Positions 54,252 to 64,000 of a stretch of DNA of 64,000 nucleotides are shown here, one piece after another. Where the stretch lies: NCBI GenBank assembly GCA_937974275.1, contig CALJIF010000032.1:1289-65288 (forward strand), in the 5' to 3' direction. Position 1 is the first letter of the stretch. Each line of letters begins with the position of its first letter. The position numbers were made by a program, and so were the translations under genes. This stretch comes from an uncultured Flavobacteriales bacterium. GTDB taxonomy: Bacteria > Bacteroidota > Bacteroidia > Palsa-965. The notes beneath the pieces were generated by a model. The model made no database searches and had not been told where the DNA came from. It was given only the letters and a program-made list of their open reading frames with translations.

Positions 54252-54998
54252 CTACTTGATGATACGGAACAAGACCGGACGAGAAGGAGCTGCATCATTT
54301 TCGAAAGGCGCAAACTGCAGGTTCAGTAAATAATCGCCGTCAAAAATTTCATTGGGCACATAGATAAACTCTGTAATGGTGGCATCCATACGCGGGTTCT
54401 CGGAGACTTGCCAAAATGCATGATGACACAACAGTTTTCCTTCGTCGGATTCCCGATCCACAGAAGGCAAATCAATCAGCAGATGTTTCACACCAATTTG
54501 CGCGAGATAAGTTCCTGCCCCTTCCAACAAATAGGGGGGATTGGAATTGGACCAGTTCATGTGCAGCTTCGCAGGTGTATTTGTAATCGTGCGAATGATC
54601 ACAGCTTCCGGACGACGACCGTCAAGTGCAGTTTCGATCTGGTTTCGCGTAATTACGTAATCTCCGTTTTCCAAGGCCTCCGGTAAAATGGAAATGAGTG
54701 CCGCAATGAAAAAATATTGTTTTACATGCCGGTTCACGCTGTGTACTTCGGGTGTGATGTGTCCCAAACATTCGGTGTGTGTGCCGTGCCCGTGCGGATT
54801 AAAGAAGATATTTCTAAAGTTGACAGAACCGCCTTCAGCCACTGCTCCAATCCATTGTTCTGTGCGTACCGGCTCGATAGTCATTGGCTCTACATACCAG
54901 GCACGGGGTCCGTTGGAATTCATCGGAACAGAAATATCTATCGGTCGTGACAAATCGGTTTTGTACGTAAATCCTTTATGTTGAATAGTAGCGAGCAT
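54252..54998 (-). CDS. cyclase family protein (kynurenine formamidase-like fold)
   Basis: PHGHGTHTECLGH resembles the HxGTHxDxPxH metal motif. 248 aa. Confidence 0.7.
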   Translation of the reverse strand: MLATIQHKGFTYKTDLSRPIDISVPMNSNGPRAWYVEPMTIEPVRTEQWIGAVAEGGSVNFRNIFFNPHGHGTHTECLGHITPEVHSVNRHVKQYFFIAALISILPEALENGDYVITRNQIETALDGRRPEAVIIRTITNTPAKLHMNWSNSNPPYLLEGAGTYLAQIGVKHLLIDLPSVDRESDEGKLLCHHAFWQVSENPRMDATITEFIYVPNEIFDGDYLLNLQFAPFENDAAPSRPVLFRIIK

Positions 54999-55142
54999 AG
55001 AAATAGTATTGATGTTCGAAGTTACGACTAGTATTTTGTTTGCCGTTTTAGATGGAGTGATAATTCAACAATTTGGAGACTGTAATGTTATCTTTTAACT
55101 GTTTAAAATAATTTCATTCCGAACGCGACCTTAGCTACAGTT

Positions 55143-55964
55143 ATGAAAACAATATTCATTACAGGAACATCATCAGGAATAGGGCGAGCAACTGTACGTC
55201 ACTTCAGTTCTAACGGTTGGCGTGTAGTAGCAACCATGCGCAATCCCAACAAAGAAACCGAGATGCAACACTGGCCGAATGTGGTGTTGAAGCCTTTGGA
55301 TGTTACTCAACAAGATTCCATTGAACATGCGATCGCCGAAACCATTAAGGAGTTCGGGCAAATTGATGTGCTGGTGAACAATGCAGGATATGGCGCCATC
55401 GGAATTTTTGAAGCCTCTACTCCCGAACAAATACAGCGTCAATTCGACACCAATGTTTTCGGATTGATGAATGTAATTCGCGCTATACTTCCACATTTTC
55501 GCGGGCGCGAAAACGGTACCATCATCAACGTAACTTCCATCGGAGGACGGGTGACGTTTCCATTATACTCTGTGTACCACGGCACCAAATGGGCAGTTGA
55601 AGGATTTGCAGAATCGTTGCATTACGAATTGAAGCCATTTAATATTAAAGTAAAAAACGTAGCACCGGGTCCAATTAAAACCGATTTCTACGATCGTTCT
55701 CAGGATCTTTTCCGCAAAGAAGGTTTGAATGATTACAGGGAATACGAACAGCGTGTATTGGGCAATTCGAAGAATTTCGGAGCTAATGCCCCCGGGCCTG
55801 AAGTAGTTGCGAAAACTATTTGGAAAGCCGCTAACGACAACAACTTTCGATTACGTTATGCCTCCGACTTTTTAGGACGTTTTACACTGTTCACAAGAAA
55901 GTTGATTCCGTTAAGTTGGTTCTTCGGCATTATACGCATGCTTACGGAACGTAAAACAGCATAA
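55143..55964 (+). CDS. SDR family oxidoreductase
   Basis: TGTSSGIGRA (TGxxxGIG), NNAG and the catalytic YHGTK (YxxxK). Confidence 0.9.
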   Translation: MKTIFITGTSSGIGRATVRHFSSNGWRVVATMRNPNKETEMQHWPNVVLKPLDVTQQDSIEHAIAETIKEFGQIDVLVNNAGYGAIGIFEASTPEQIQRQFDTNVFGLMNVIRAILPHFRGRENGTIINVTSIGGRVTFPLYSVYHGTKWAVEGFAESLHYELKPFNIKVKNVAPGPIKTDFYDRSQDLFRKEGLNDYREYEQRVLGNSKNFGANAPGPEVVAKTIWKAANDNNFRLRYASDFLGRFTLFTRKLIPLSWFFGIIRMLTERKTA

Positions 55965-55978
55965 GTTCGCAGGTACAT

Positions 55979-56962
55979 ATGAGCAACATCCAATACGTTA
56001 ACAATCCCGAGTTACGCAGCATTCGCCCGGAATATGCAGGTACGCCGACAAGTAACGGTAGGTTCATGAATGAAGACGGTGAATTTGGTGCGGGATTCAG
56101 CGCAGTATTGAAATGGATGTTGACTCCCAATCCTCAAAAAGCCGAAAAGAAACGTCAACCATTTACGTTACCCGTTACAGAAGATCACTCCATATTTAAG
56201 GATGGTCCCGATGCATTCGTATGGCTTGGACATTCCACGTTTATCATTCGCATCAACAATCAACGCATTTTAACGGATCCTATTTGTTACGATTTGCCCG
56301 GTATTAAGCGCGCTTTTCGTTCGCCGTTTCGCACCCACGAAATCACGCCGATTGATTTGATCCTGCTGTCCCATTCACATCGTGATCATTTCGATCGTCG
56401 AAGTTTCAAAGAAATCGTAAAACGCAATCCCGATGTTATCGTGTATTGCCCGCTGCGAATGACACCATTGATTAAACGTGAAGGCGCCAAGACCATTCAC
56501 GAAGCCGGCTGGTATCAGCAATTTCCGGATCATGCACAACTTCCGCGTGTCAGTTTTTTACCTGCCAAACATTGGAATCGTCGTTACGTGCACGATACTA
56601 ATCGCGAGTTATGGGGCGCGTTTATGTTGGAAACAAATCAACACTGCATCTACTTCGCCGGCGATACAGCCTATCACACTCACTTTCGTGATGCTGCAGT
56701 AATCTTCCCCAACATTACTCATGCGTTTATGCCGATTGGCGCGTATAAACCTTCGTTCATGATGCAACAATCGCATGTTAATCCGGAAGAAGCAGTGCGC
56801 GGATTTGATGAATTGCGTGCACATAAATTTATTCCTATGCATTACGGCACGTATGATTTATCCGACGAGCCCATGCAGGAACCGTTGAATACACTGATAA
56901 CGATGCGCGATTGGAATAATCGTCTGTTCGCGCCAACACCCGGACAACTTACGCTCCTGTAA
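55979..56962 (+). CDS. MBL-fold metallo-hydrolase (NAPE-PLD-like)
   Basis: LLSHSHRDHFD carries the HxHxDH motif. 327 aa. Confidence 0.83.
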   Translation: MSNIQYVNNPELRSIRPEYAGTPTSNGRFMNEDGEFGAGFSAVLKWMLTPNPQKAEKKRQPFTLPVTEDHSIFKDGPDAFVWLGHSTFIIRINNQRILTDPICYDLPGIKRAFRSPFRTHEITPIDLILLSHSHRDHFDRRSFKEIVKRNPDVIVYCPLRMTPLIKREGAKTIHEAGWYQQFPDHAQLPRVSFLPAKHWNRRYVHDTNRELWGAFMLETNQHCIYFAGDTAYHTHFRDAAVIFPNITHAFMPIGAYKPSFMMQQSHVNPEEAVRGFDELRAHKFIPMHYGTYDLSDEPMQEPLNTLITMRDWNNRLFAPTPGQLTLL

Positions 56963-57035
56963 AACCCGTTCACAGCAGCGGAACAATCGCTCGAAGCGAT
57001 AAATTGGCTATTATTGAGCAAGTAATAGTTGTACC

Positions 57036-57950
57036 ATGAATGTTTTTGAAGAAAAGCGAACGCGCTCGGCAGTTTTCAATATGTATTTGAAGAACTGGAA
57101 AATTATTGTAATCACCGTATTGAGTTGCACGATATTATCGATTGTGGCGACCAGCCTCATGACAGAACGTTTTCGAGCAAAGGCCTCATTCTTTGTGCCT
57201 TACGAAGTTTCCCTCGAAAAAACCGTGGAAGATCCGAAACTGGGTTATGATACAGAAGCTGACCGTCTGTTACAAATATTGAATTCTGAGCGATTAAAAG
57301 ATTCAGTGGTTAAAAAGTTTGATTTGGTCAAGTATTTTAAAATTGACACCTCTGATCCAACATGGCCTGAACAACTAACCGACAAGTACCGTCAACGCGT
57401 ATTTTGCAATCGCACTAACATCATGTCCATTGTTGTAGAGGCAGAAACGTATGATCCCAAATTTTCGACTGAAATCGTGAATTACATTGTTGCGGTGGGT
57501 GGGCGTTTCAGACAAGAAATGTACAAAGCGAACACTAAAATGGCTGCAGATGTTTTTAAACAAGAATTAGATCGCAAGCAACTTGAATTAGACAGTTTGG
57601 CAGCAAAAATCGGCAATCTGCGAAAGGATAAACAAGGCAATTATCCATTACTGAAAAACATGATTATTGCCACACAAACAGGCAGCTCCAATCCGGAACA
57701 GGAAATACTTTCCCAACAATTTATTTACGAGCAGGAAATGCTCAGTGTAATGAAATCGCGGTATGAAAATGCCCGAAATATAGCGATGCGTCCCATCCCT
57801 GAATTTTACAACATCGATCCTGCATATCCGATTTACAAACCCGCATATCCTTTAGTAGGCTTTAACATTGCAATGGGGTTCTTCGGCTCGCTGTTTCTTA
57901 TTCTCGCTGCGCTATATTTCAAATATGTTGTGCAACAACTTCGTAAGTAA
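57036..57950 (+). CDS. Wzz-like polysaccharide chain-length determinant protein
   Basis: An N-terminal TM helix followed by FRAKASFFVP, a central coiled coil and a C-terminal TM helix. Confidence 0.68.
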   Translation: MNVFEEKRTRSAVFNMYLKNWKIIVITVLSCTILSIVATSLMTERFRAKASFFVPYEVSLEKTVEDPKLGYDTEADRLLQILNSERLKDSVVKKFDLVKYFKIDTSDPTWPEQLTDKYRQRVFCNRTNIMSIVVEAETYDPKFSTEIVNYIVAVGGRFRQEMYKANTKMAADVFKQELDRKQLELDSLAAKIGNLRKDKQGNYPLLKNMIIATQTGSSNPEQEILSQQFIYEQEMLSVMKSRYENARNIAMRPIPEFYNIDPAYPIYKPAYPLVGFNIAMGFFGSLFLILAALYFKYVVQQLRK

Positions 57951-57959
57951 TCAATACGC

Positions 57960-59414
57960 GTGAATTTCATCCGAAGCATACGTTATGAAATCTGGATCGC
58001 ATTGTGCTGCGTTGTGCTCTGCGCACTCTCCATGTTGGCTATTGCGACGAGTCGGTTTGTGTTAATTTATGCGCCAATTTTTTTAGGTTTTGGCTTATTA
58101 GTAGTTGGCTACTTTCTACTTCATAAAGCAAACTTATTGCGTGCTGCATTTTTGTTGGCCCCCCTTTCTGTTGGTGTATCGCTACTCGGCGAATCCGAAG
58201 TGCAATTGCCTACCGAGCCCATCATCGGAATACTCCTGTTGCTGCTTATCGCTTCCACAGCAGGCTTCGCAGGCTTGCGCAGTGATTTATGGAAAGGTGT
58301 GATTAATTCGCTTTTGGCTCTTGAGGTTATTTGGCTGATCGTATGTACGCTCAATAGTGAACTCATGCTGGTTTCTGCCAAATACACACTCATCAGAATA
58401 TGCTATACCGGCGTATTTTTCTATTTGGCGTTACAATGGATGCGCAAAGAAAAAAAGCCGGAACAATTGATTTTACTGTATCTCGCGGGCATGGCACTAC
58501 CCATTCTCAATACGATGGTTCGTCATAGCGCACTAGATTTTCTTCCGCAGACATCCTACTACATGCCGAAACCATTTTATAACGACCATACGGTATACGG
58601 CGCTTGCTTAGCGTTCATAATTCCAATGATAGCAATGCTGGCTTTCTATCATTTTCGCAACGCAACCGGCACATTGTTGAAATATGGTTTTCTTGTTGTT
58701 CTAATTCTATTGCTTGGAGTAGAATTCTTTTCGTATTCGCGTGCGGCATGGTTGAGTCTTGGCGGAGCATTGGGCCTGTATATCCTAATACGTTGGAAAG
58801 CCTCCGGCTCTGTTTTCTTAGCATTGCTTATTGCGGGGGGAGTTACACTCTTTGCTGCACAAGATTTGATCGTAGAAAAATTATCCGCTACTGAAGCCAT
58901 CAGTTCCAAAGGTGATGTGGAAGATCATTTCAAATCAATCACCAATATTGAAACAGACGCCTCCAACAAAGAACGCATCAATCGCTGGAAGTGTGCAGTT
59001 CGCATGGGTCTTGATCGACCCGTGTTTGGTTATGGACCAAGAACATATAAATACTTTTATGGTCGCTTTCAAGTGCGTGAGGATATGACGTACACCAGCA
59101 CCTTTAATGGAACCAAAGGTCATGCGCACTCCGACTATCTCGCCTTTCTGGCAGAATGCGGGTGGGTAGGTTTCTTGTTACACATTGCGTTATTTATTGC
59201 TGTTGTGATGAAAGGCTTAAACGTAGTACGGCGTTGTCGTTCGGAATACCACAGAACTATTGCGATCGGCGCATTACTGGGATTCTTCACCTACTTTATA
59301 CACGGTATTTTTAACGGTTTCATGGAAGAAGATAAAATGGCTTCTTTGGTATTCGTAAGTATGGCGATCATTGTGTATGTCGGTGAACAAGAGCAAGAAC
59401 AAACTGCACCATGA
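57960..59414 (+). CDS. O-antigen ligase / polymerase family membrane protein (Wzy_C)
   Basis: GTG start and ~11 TM helices. The FSYSRAAWLSLGG motif precedes the large periplasmic loop containing HAHSDYL. Confidence 0.8.
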   Translation: MNFIRSIRYEIWIALCCVVLCALSMLAIATSRFVLIYAPIFLGFGLLVVGYFLLHKANLLRAAFLLAPLSVGVSLLGESEVQLPTEPIIGILLLLLIASTAGFAGLRSDLWKGVINSLLALEVIWLIVCTLNSELMLVSAKYTLIRICYTGVFFYLALQWMRKEKKPEQLILLYLAGMALPILNTMVRHSALDFLPQTSYYMPKPFYNDHTVYGACLAFIIPMIAMLAFYHFRNATGTLLKYGFLVVLILLLGVEFFSYSRAAWLSLGGALGLYILIRWKASGSVFLALLIAGGVTLFAAQDLIVEKLSATEAISSKGDVEDHFKSITNIETDASNKERINRWKCAVRMGLDRPVFGYGPRTYKYFYGRFQVREDMTYTSTFNGTKGHAHSDYLAFLAECGWVGFLLHIALFIAVVMKGLNVVRRCRSEYHRTIAIGALLGFFTYFIHGIFNGFMEEDKMASLVFVSMAIIVYVGEQEQEQTAP

Positions 59415-60349
59415 GCGATGTTGTATCCCGTGAAATAAGTCGCCCAATAGTGGTAGTTGATGCCGGTGCCCGGAATGGGTTCCAATTAATTCCGCAACTG
59501 CATCGTCACTTGAGGTTGTTTGCATTCGAGCCGGATCCGAGATCTTATGCAACTCTCGTTGAACGTTACCGCAATTCGTCACAATTCCATTCCGCAAAAT
59601 GTTTCCCCGTTGCACTTGCTGATGAATTAGGCACTGCCACCTTATACAGCACGGCTCATCCAAGTATGAGTTCACTTATGCAAGCAGACAAAAAACTATT
59701 TGCATCCTATACCCAACGAATGGGTGATACAAAATCGTGGTCCGAAGGTTTTGAAGTTGTTGCACAACATGAAGTACAACAAACGACGTTGGAGCATTTG
59801 TGCGAAGAACAACAACTGCAACACATCGATTTTTTAAAACTCGACACTCAAGGCAGCGAATTGAAAATTCTAAAAGGAGCACAGGATTTACTCGACCGGA
59901 AAAAAATCGGCGTAGTGTTTACTGAATTCTGCATGGTGAACTATTATGAGAACCAGTCTTGCTTCAGTGAATTGGACCAATGGATGAAAGCAAGAGGTTA
60001 TCAACTTATTGACATCCGCACATATCCTGAAATTGCGAATCGCATGCATCATAGTGTATCCGGCAAAATCACAGAACAACCACGATTCGGAATGGTGGGT
60101 GATGCTGTTTACATCCCGAACAACGTTGACAACTACTATCATCCCGAAACTATTGCACTGCTTCTTGCTGCATTAGGATACTACAGTCACAGCGAAACAA
60201 TTTTCAAGACGCGTAATTGGAATGAACAAAAAATAGAGTCGTTATTTTGCCAACTGGATAAAAAAAGCGGCCGTGAAAAATGGAAGCAGTTCCTGCGCCG
60301 CTGGACACCACCAGGAATACATTATTGGTACAGCAAATTGCGTTCATGA
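59411..60349 (+). CDS. FkbM family methyltransferase
   Basis: VVDAGARNG, FAFEPDPRSY and FLKLDTQGSELKILKGA. It overlaps both neighbours by 4 nt. Confidence 0.85.
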   Translation: MSDVVSREISRPIVVVDAGARNGFQLIPQLHRHLRLFAFEPDPRSYATLVERYRNSSQFHSAKCFPVALADELGTATLYSTAHPSMSSLMQADKKLFASYTQRMGDTKSWSEGFEVVAQHEVQQTTLEHLCEEQQLQHIDFLKLDTQGSELKILKGAQDLLDRKKIGVVFTEFCMVNYYENQSCFSELDQWMKARGYQLIDIRTYPEIANRMHHSVSGKITEQPRFGMVGDAVYIPNNVDNYYHPETIALLLAALGYYSHSETIFKTRNWNEQKIESLFCQLDKKSGREKWKQFLRRWTPPGIHYWYSKLRS

Positions 60350-61920
60350 AATCGCTGCGTGATATACATTATTCGTTGTGGTTACCTTCTGCCATACTCG
60401 TCTTCGGATGCTGCGTGATTGTGTATTGTTATAATAAACCGTTGTCGGATTTTGCGAACTACTATTACGGAGCGCAACTTTTTAATTCGGAAGATCCACA
60501 AGCCGTTTATGATGTGCACAGGTTTAATGAAGCCGTGCAATCCTCCGGTGAATACAATGTGTTTCTGGATCACACTTCCGTTCCGCCACAAACACCGGCG
60601 TTCTATAAGCCTTTCACGCTGATAAAAAATCCATATACAGCACGAGCCGTGTTTAATGTCATTGGCTTATTCGTTTTCGTGTATATGCTGCATGCCTTGT
60701 TAAAACAATACTCATCCTACAACACTTGGCATGCTGTTGGATTTATGATCGCCATGCTTGTTCCGATCTATCAGAATATTTCCTTCGGGCAAACTTATCT
60801 TTTTATAACAGCACTTCTCATTGCAGCATGGCTGGCACATCTGCGAGGAAAATCAGTGTTAGCCGGTATCTGGCTTGGATTTGCAATTGTATTAAAAATA
60901 ACACCGGTTGTATTGGTGTTTTATTTCCTTGTGCGCAAACATTTTCGTGTTGCGATCTTCACTGCAATCACTTTCGTGCTGGCAACTATAGCTACTGCGT
61001 TCATAACGGGGAGCGAAGTATTAGAATTATACTTCATTGACCTCTTTCCCCGTATTGCAGATGGATACATCAATGATCCATACTCCAACAGCTACCACGG
61101 CTTAGTTGTTTTATTGCGTCATCTGGGGCAATACGATGCCATCTTAAATCCTGCTCCATATTTCCACTTTTCCCCTCAATTGATTGCGTCGGTGAATAGT
61201 ATTGTACTTTTTGTACTTCTTGGTATTGCTTTAATGCGCAGCACAAATGCACAACAACGAGATTCCGTTCCTCTTGCGCTGTTATTACTCCTACTCTACA
61301 TCGGATCAGGATATTCTTCAACGTATTCGCTACTCGTTCTACCGCCTTTTATCCTCATTACAACAACAAGAAAACAATTGCTGAGCGCAGTGCTTACCAT
61401 TTTAATTTGCGCACTACCACCTCGATTGCTCACTGATGCGCCTGTTTTTGTTCAACACTTCAAACTGTATCTATTCCTGGCGCTGTTTATTGTATTGGTT
61501 GCTCCCGGTATTCGCAATCTTCGTGCATCCGCGATCGTAACCGCAGTGCTGACACTATTCGGAATACTGCAAATCCAAAAAATTGTGACAGCGGATCAAC
61601 TTCCTAAATATGAATATTTCAAGAAGACCATTACACAGGACTACATCACCGATTTTTCCATTCATCACGACACGCTGACAGCAATTGCATACAGTATGCG
61701 CGGAAAGGAAATCGTTACAATTCCGCTCACACAAGAAACACCGTGTAGTCTTCCGCTAGAACCACAAAACTTCTATCGAGACCATCACCACCTACTTTAC
61801 AAAAACATCACCTGCCGAAACGATACAGTGATCTTTCTTTGTGACGTTGGTCGTGGCGTAGGACTCTACCATATTTTTGCAATGCCCAAAGCGCAGTTTC
61901 CTTTTGAACAATTAAAATGA
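60346..61920 (+). CDS. DUF2029 / GT87-like polytopic glycosyltransferase
   Basis: ATG 60346 forms an ATGA overlap with the fkbM-like stop. It has ~12 TM helices and the motif KITPVVLVFYFLVRK. Confidence 0.76.
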   Translation: MKSLRDIHYSLWLPSAILVFGCCVIVYCYNKPLSDFANYYYGAQLFNSEDPQAVYDVHRFNEAVQSSGEYNVFLDHTSVPPQTPAFYKPFTLIKNPYTARAVFNVIGLFVFVYMLHALLKQYSSYNTWHAVGFMIAMLVPIYQNISFGQTYLFITALLIAAWLAHLRGKSVLAGIWLGFAIVLKITPVVLVFYFLVRKHFRVAIFTAITFVLATIATAFITGSEVLELYFIDLFPRIADGYINDPYSNSYHGLVVLLRHLGQYDAILNPAPYFHFSPQLIASVNSIVLFVLLGIALMRSTNAQQRDSVPLALLLLLLYIGSGYSSTYSLLVLPPFILITTTRKQLLSAVLTILICALPPRLLTDAPVFVQHFKLYLFLALFIVLVAPGIRNLRASAIVTAVLTLFGILQIQKIVTADQLPKYEYFKKTITQDYITDFSIHHDTLTAIAYSMRGKEIVTIPLTQETPCSLPLEPQNFYRDHHHLLYKNITCRNDTVIFLCDVGRGVGLYHIFAMPKAQFPFEQLK

Positions 61921-63050
61921 AATATTCTGTTATTGTATTTCTAATTTTAATTATTGCATTTGCGGGCATGCATTGCGAAGAACCTGCGCGTGCACCAATA
62001 GATCACACCATTAAGTTAAAGTGGCATAAATCGTATCCCTCCGAAAACTGGAACATGGCGCGTGAAGGATTACGCTGGACCTTGTCTTACGTCGGAGCAA
62101 CCTTGCCCAAAGACAGCTTCGATCAGGCTGTACCGTTCAACGATTCAATTACAATAACTCTCAACCTTTCTAGAGTTGGCTTTTCGGAATCAGCTTTGGG
62201 CGCATTGGACACCATCGTCGAAAGAATTAAACGCACTGAGGAATATCAAGAATCCGGTTTCATTGACTTGTCAAGATTTGTGGTGTTGTTAATCGGTGTT
62301 TCGGAAAACTATTACGCCATAACAGGAGTCGCTCCCACACTGGACGAGTTTATCCGCAACCATCAATTGGAAAATCCATTGCTATTCGGTGTAACAAAAT
62401 CAGCTGTCGGCAATCATCATCGGCTGATTGAATTTCGTGGCGACACATCCGACGTGATGAACTACGCCTTCATTGCTGTAGAAAGCAGCGGCAGTCTTGA
62501 TTCCGGGACATTTCGCGCAGAAGCATTTGAAGCATTCGACATTATGCCTAATGGTCAGTTACGTTTTGCAGTGTACGATGCACAAGGAAAGCTTATTGAG
62601 GGATCGCCAAAAAAATTGGGGGAAGCCGGCAAACCCGCAAAATGTATGTGGTGTCACGAAATTCAAATTGCAACCTTATTTGTACCTAACGTTGCCGTTG
62701 CAGGAATGTTAACTAACGAAGATTTTACTTTTTGGAGAAGTGCTTTTCAACGCAACTTAGACAAGTATCGAACACAACTACAGGACGACCTCGACTACAA
62801 TAAAACACAAGACCATACCCTGATGGAATTGTTATACATCAGCTTCATGGAACCTTCCCCGATACGCTTAGGTAACGAATGGAACATTTCACCGGAGGCA
62901 GCGCAAGAGAAAATGGGTAGTGCTCCCGACCACGAGTACCATGAGTTTCCGCATTTGGGTAAATTGTATTATCGCTATTACGCAGATAGTGTGGCCGGAA
63001 TTAAATCACTTCTCGTGCCTGCATCAGTACGTGAGATGTACAATAACTAA
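61917..63050 (+). CDS. hypothetical exported protein with a single CxxCH motif
   Basis: N-terminal hydrophobic segment MKYSVIVFLILIIAFAGMHC and KCMWCHE at about residue 245. It overlaps the upstream gene by 4 nt. Confidence 0.68.
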   Translation: MKYSVIVFLILIIAFAGMHCEEPARAPIDHTIKLKWHKSYPSENWNMAREGLRWTLSYVGATLPKDSFDQAVPFNDSITITLNLSRVGFSESALGALDTIVERIKRTEEYQESGFIDLSRFVVLLIGVSENYYAITGVAPTLDEFIRNHQLENPLLFGVTKSAVGNHHRLIEFRGDTSDVMNYAFIAVESSGSLDSGTFRAEAFEAFDIMPNGQLRFAVYDAQGKLIEGSPKKLGEAGKPAKCMWCHEIQIATLFVPNVAVAGMLTNEDFTFWRSAFQRNLDKYRTQLQDDLDYNKTQDHTLMELLYISFMEPSPIRLGNEWNISPEAAQEKMGSAPDHEYHEFPHLGKLYYRYYADSVAGIKSLLVPASVREMYNN

Positions 63051-63055
63051 GTTGA

Positions 63056-63973
63056 TTACTTGGGTTTAATCTCGTACACCACATAGTTCTCAGCCTGCAC
63101 TGCTGCTCCCGAGAATCGAATCAATTCAAACAATTCGAACTTCTCGTGTTCAAGCGACAACGGCACGGCTGTAGCAATAAACATTGGACGATTCATATTT
63201 TTTTGTTGTTGCAGACAGCGCTCCCACATTGTTTCTTCATCAATATAAAACTCGTTCAGCATCCAAGAAGCGAAAGTTCCGTAAGTATTTCTTTCAGCGT
63301 AAAATATAGGCGCTCCGATATATGCTGCCACTGCAGGTCCTGCATACTGCGGATATACACACAATTGATTAGCAGAAATTCCCTTTTGAATGATATAATC
63401 CGCGACAGATTTTGCATGAGAAAAGGTTGTGTTGCGCTCCCGGTAAATTGCAATTCCCGCGGCTCCTATTTGAACAACAAAAAACAAGTTGAGTGCTACG
63501 TTTCGAATTGTATTCCATTTCCCGCTTTCAATTCGTGATTGTGAATCGGCTCGGCTCAACCACATACACACCAGAAATGCAACGATAACGAAACCACAGT
63601 GTCGCAACGAGATGGGCATAGGCGTGAGTCCGATAGCAACTACTAATGCGAACAACATTATTGCAAATAGGATGACATATTTCCGTTTACCGCCGAAAAG
63701 ATAGAAGAACGGGAATAACCATCCCAAAGTACCAACCATCACTGCAGCGGGCTTCCAATCGGGTAATAACAAATTGCTGTTCCACCATTGTGTTGAAGTA
63801 AATTGGGGAACGTGAAAAAATGCCTTAAACGGGATGAGAAACATAGAACCCAATCGGCGCAAAGAGTGCACTTCCGCGCTGTGATATTCAAATACAAAAT
63901 GATCCGTCTGCGGCCGCGAACAATATATACCTATTGCCAATAACAACGTAAAGAGTATTACCGGGATAATCAA
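63056..63973 (-). CDS. polytopic membrane protein, hypothetical (start near window edge, may be longer)
   Basis: ORF of 305 aa with ~7 hydrophobic helices and a soluble C-terminal ~110 aa. It is convergent with the glycan locus. Confidence 0.6.
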   Translation of the reverse strand: MIIPVILFTLLLAIGIYCSRPQTDHFVFEYHSAEVHSLRRLGSMFLIPFKAFFHVPQFTSTQWWNSNLLLPDWKPAAVMVGTLGWLFPFFYLFGGKRKYVILFAIMLFALVVAIGLTPMPISLRHCGFVIVAFLVCMWLSRADSQSRIESGKWNTIRNVALNLFFVVQIGAAGIAIYRERNTTFSHAKSVADYIIQKGISANQLCVYPQYAGPAVAAYIGAPIFYAERNTYGTFASWMLNEFYIDEETMWERCLQQQKNMNRPMFIATAVPLSLEHEKFELFELIRFSGAAVQAENYVVYEIKPK

Positions 63974-64000
63974 CGATACACGATGAACACTATGACGGGA

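Noticed and set aside
1-64000. Sigma-54 (-24 GG / -12 GC) promoters, considered because rpoN is in the window
   Set aside because: I scanned by eye for TGGCAC-N5-TTGC-like sites in intergenic regions. The TGGCAC occurrences (e.g. 2662, 3373, 44301, 46751) are all inside coding sequence and lack the -12 element. None is reported.

Overview
This looks like a chromosomal segment of a Bacteroidota genome. Supporting signs are T9SS C-terminal sorting domains, SprB-type repeats, a PorP/SprF gene, TAnnTTTG -7 boxes and no Shine-Dalgarno signals. It is densely coding, with about 52 protein genes and one tRNA-Gln. I saw no rRNA, CRISPR array, transposase or integrase. From left to right the window holds: the 3' part of sdhA with sdhB; rpoN; an 8.2-kb gene for a ~2740-aa adhesin built from ~30 tandem SprB-type Cys repeats with a type B T9SS sorting domain, next to a PorP/SprF partner; housekeeping genes (panD, rfaE2-like, radA, slyD, lipB, PGI/PMI); two sensor kinases and a propeller/PP2C sensor; three GT-C-like membrane glycosyltransferase candidates; and a surface-glycan locus at the right end. 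The most interesting region is the minus-strand sulfur-assimilation operon (36669->29640): sulfite reductase, cobA, DUF2490-like, sirC::TauE fusion, cysH, hom. It is preceded by a 481-nt leader with two mini-ORFs below the ORF-track cut-off, made largely of Met and Cys codons: MMNNNLNMMMNCCMNP and MKRTALTFLSSYMCMCMCMCCCANSKPGRYMLTWCS. Each is followed about 20 nt later by a strong intrinsic terminator. A third mini-ORF with four consecutive Cys codons lies between sir and cobA. I read these as tandem ribosome-mediated (leader-peptide) attenuators that sense Met/Cys-tRNA charging. All calls come from reading the sequence and recognising motifs; no database search or RNA folding was run.
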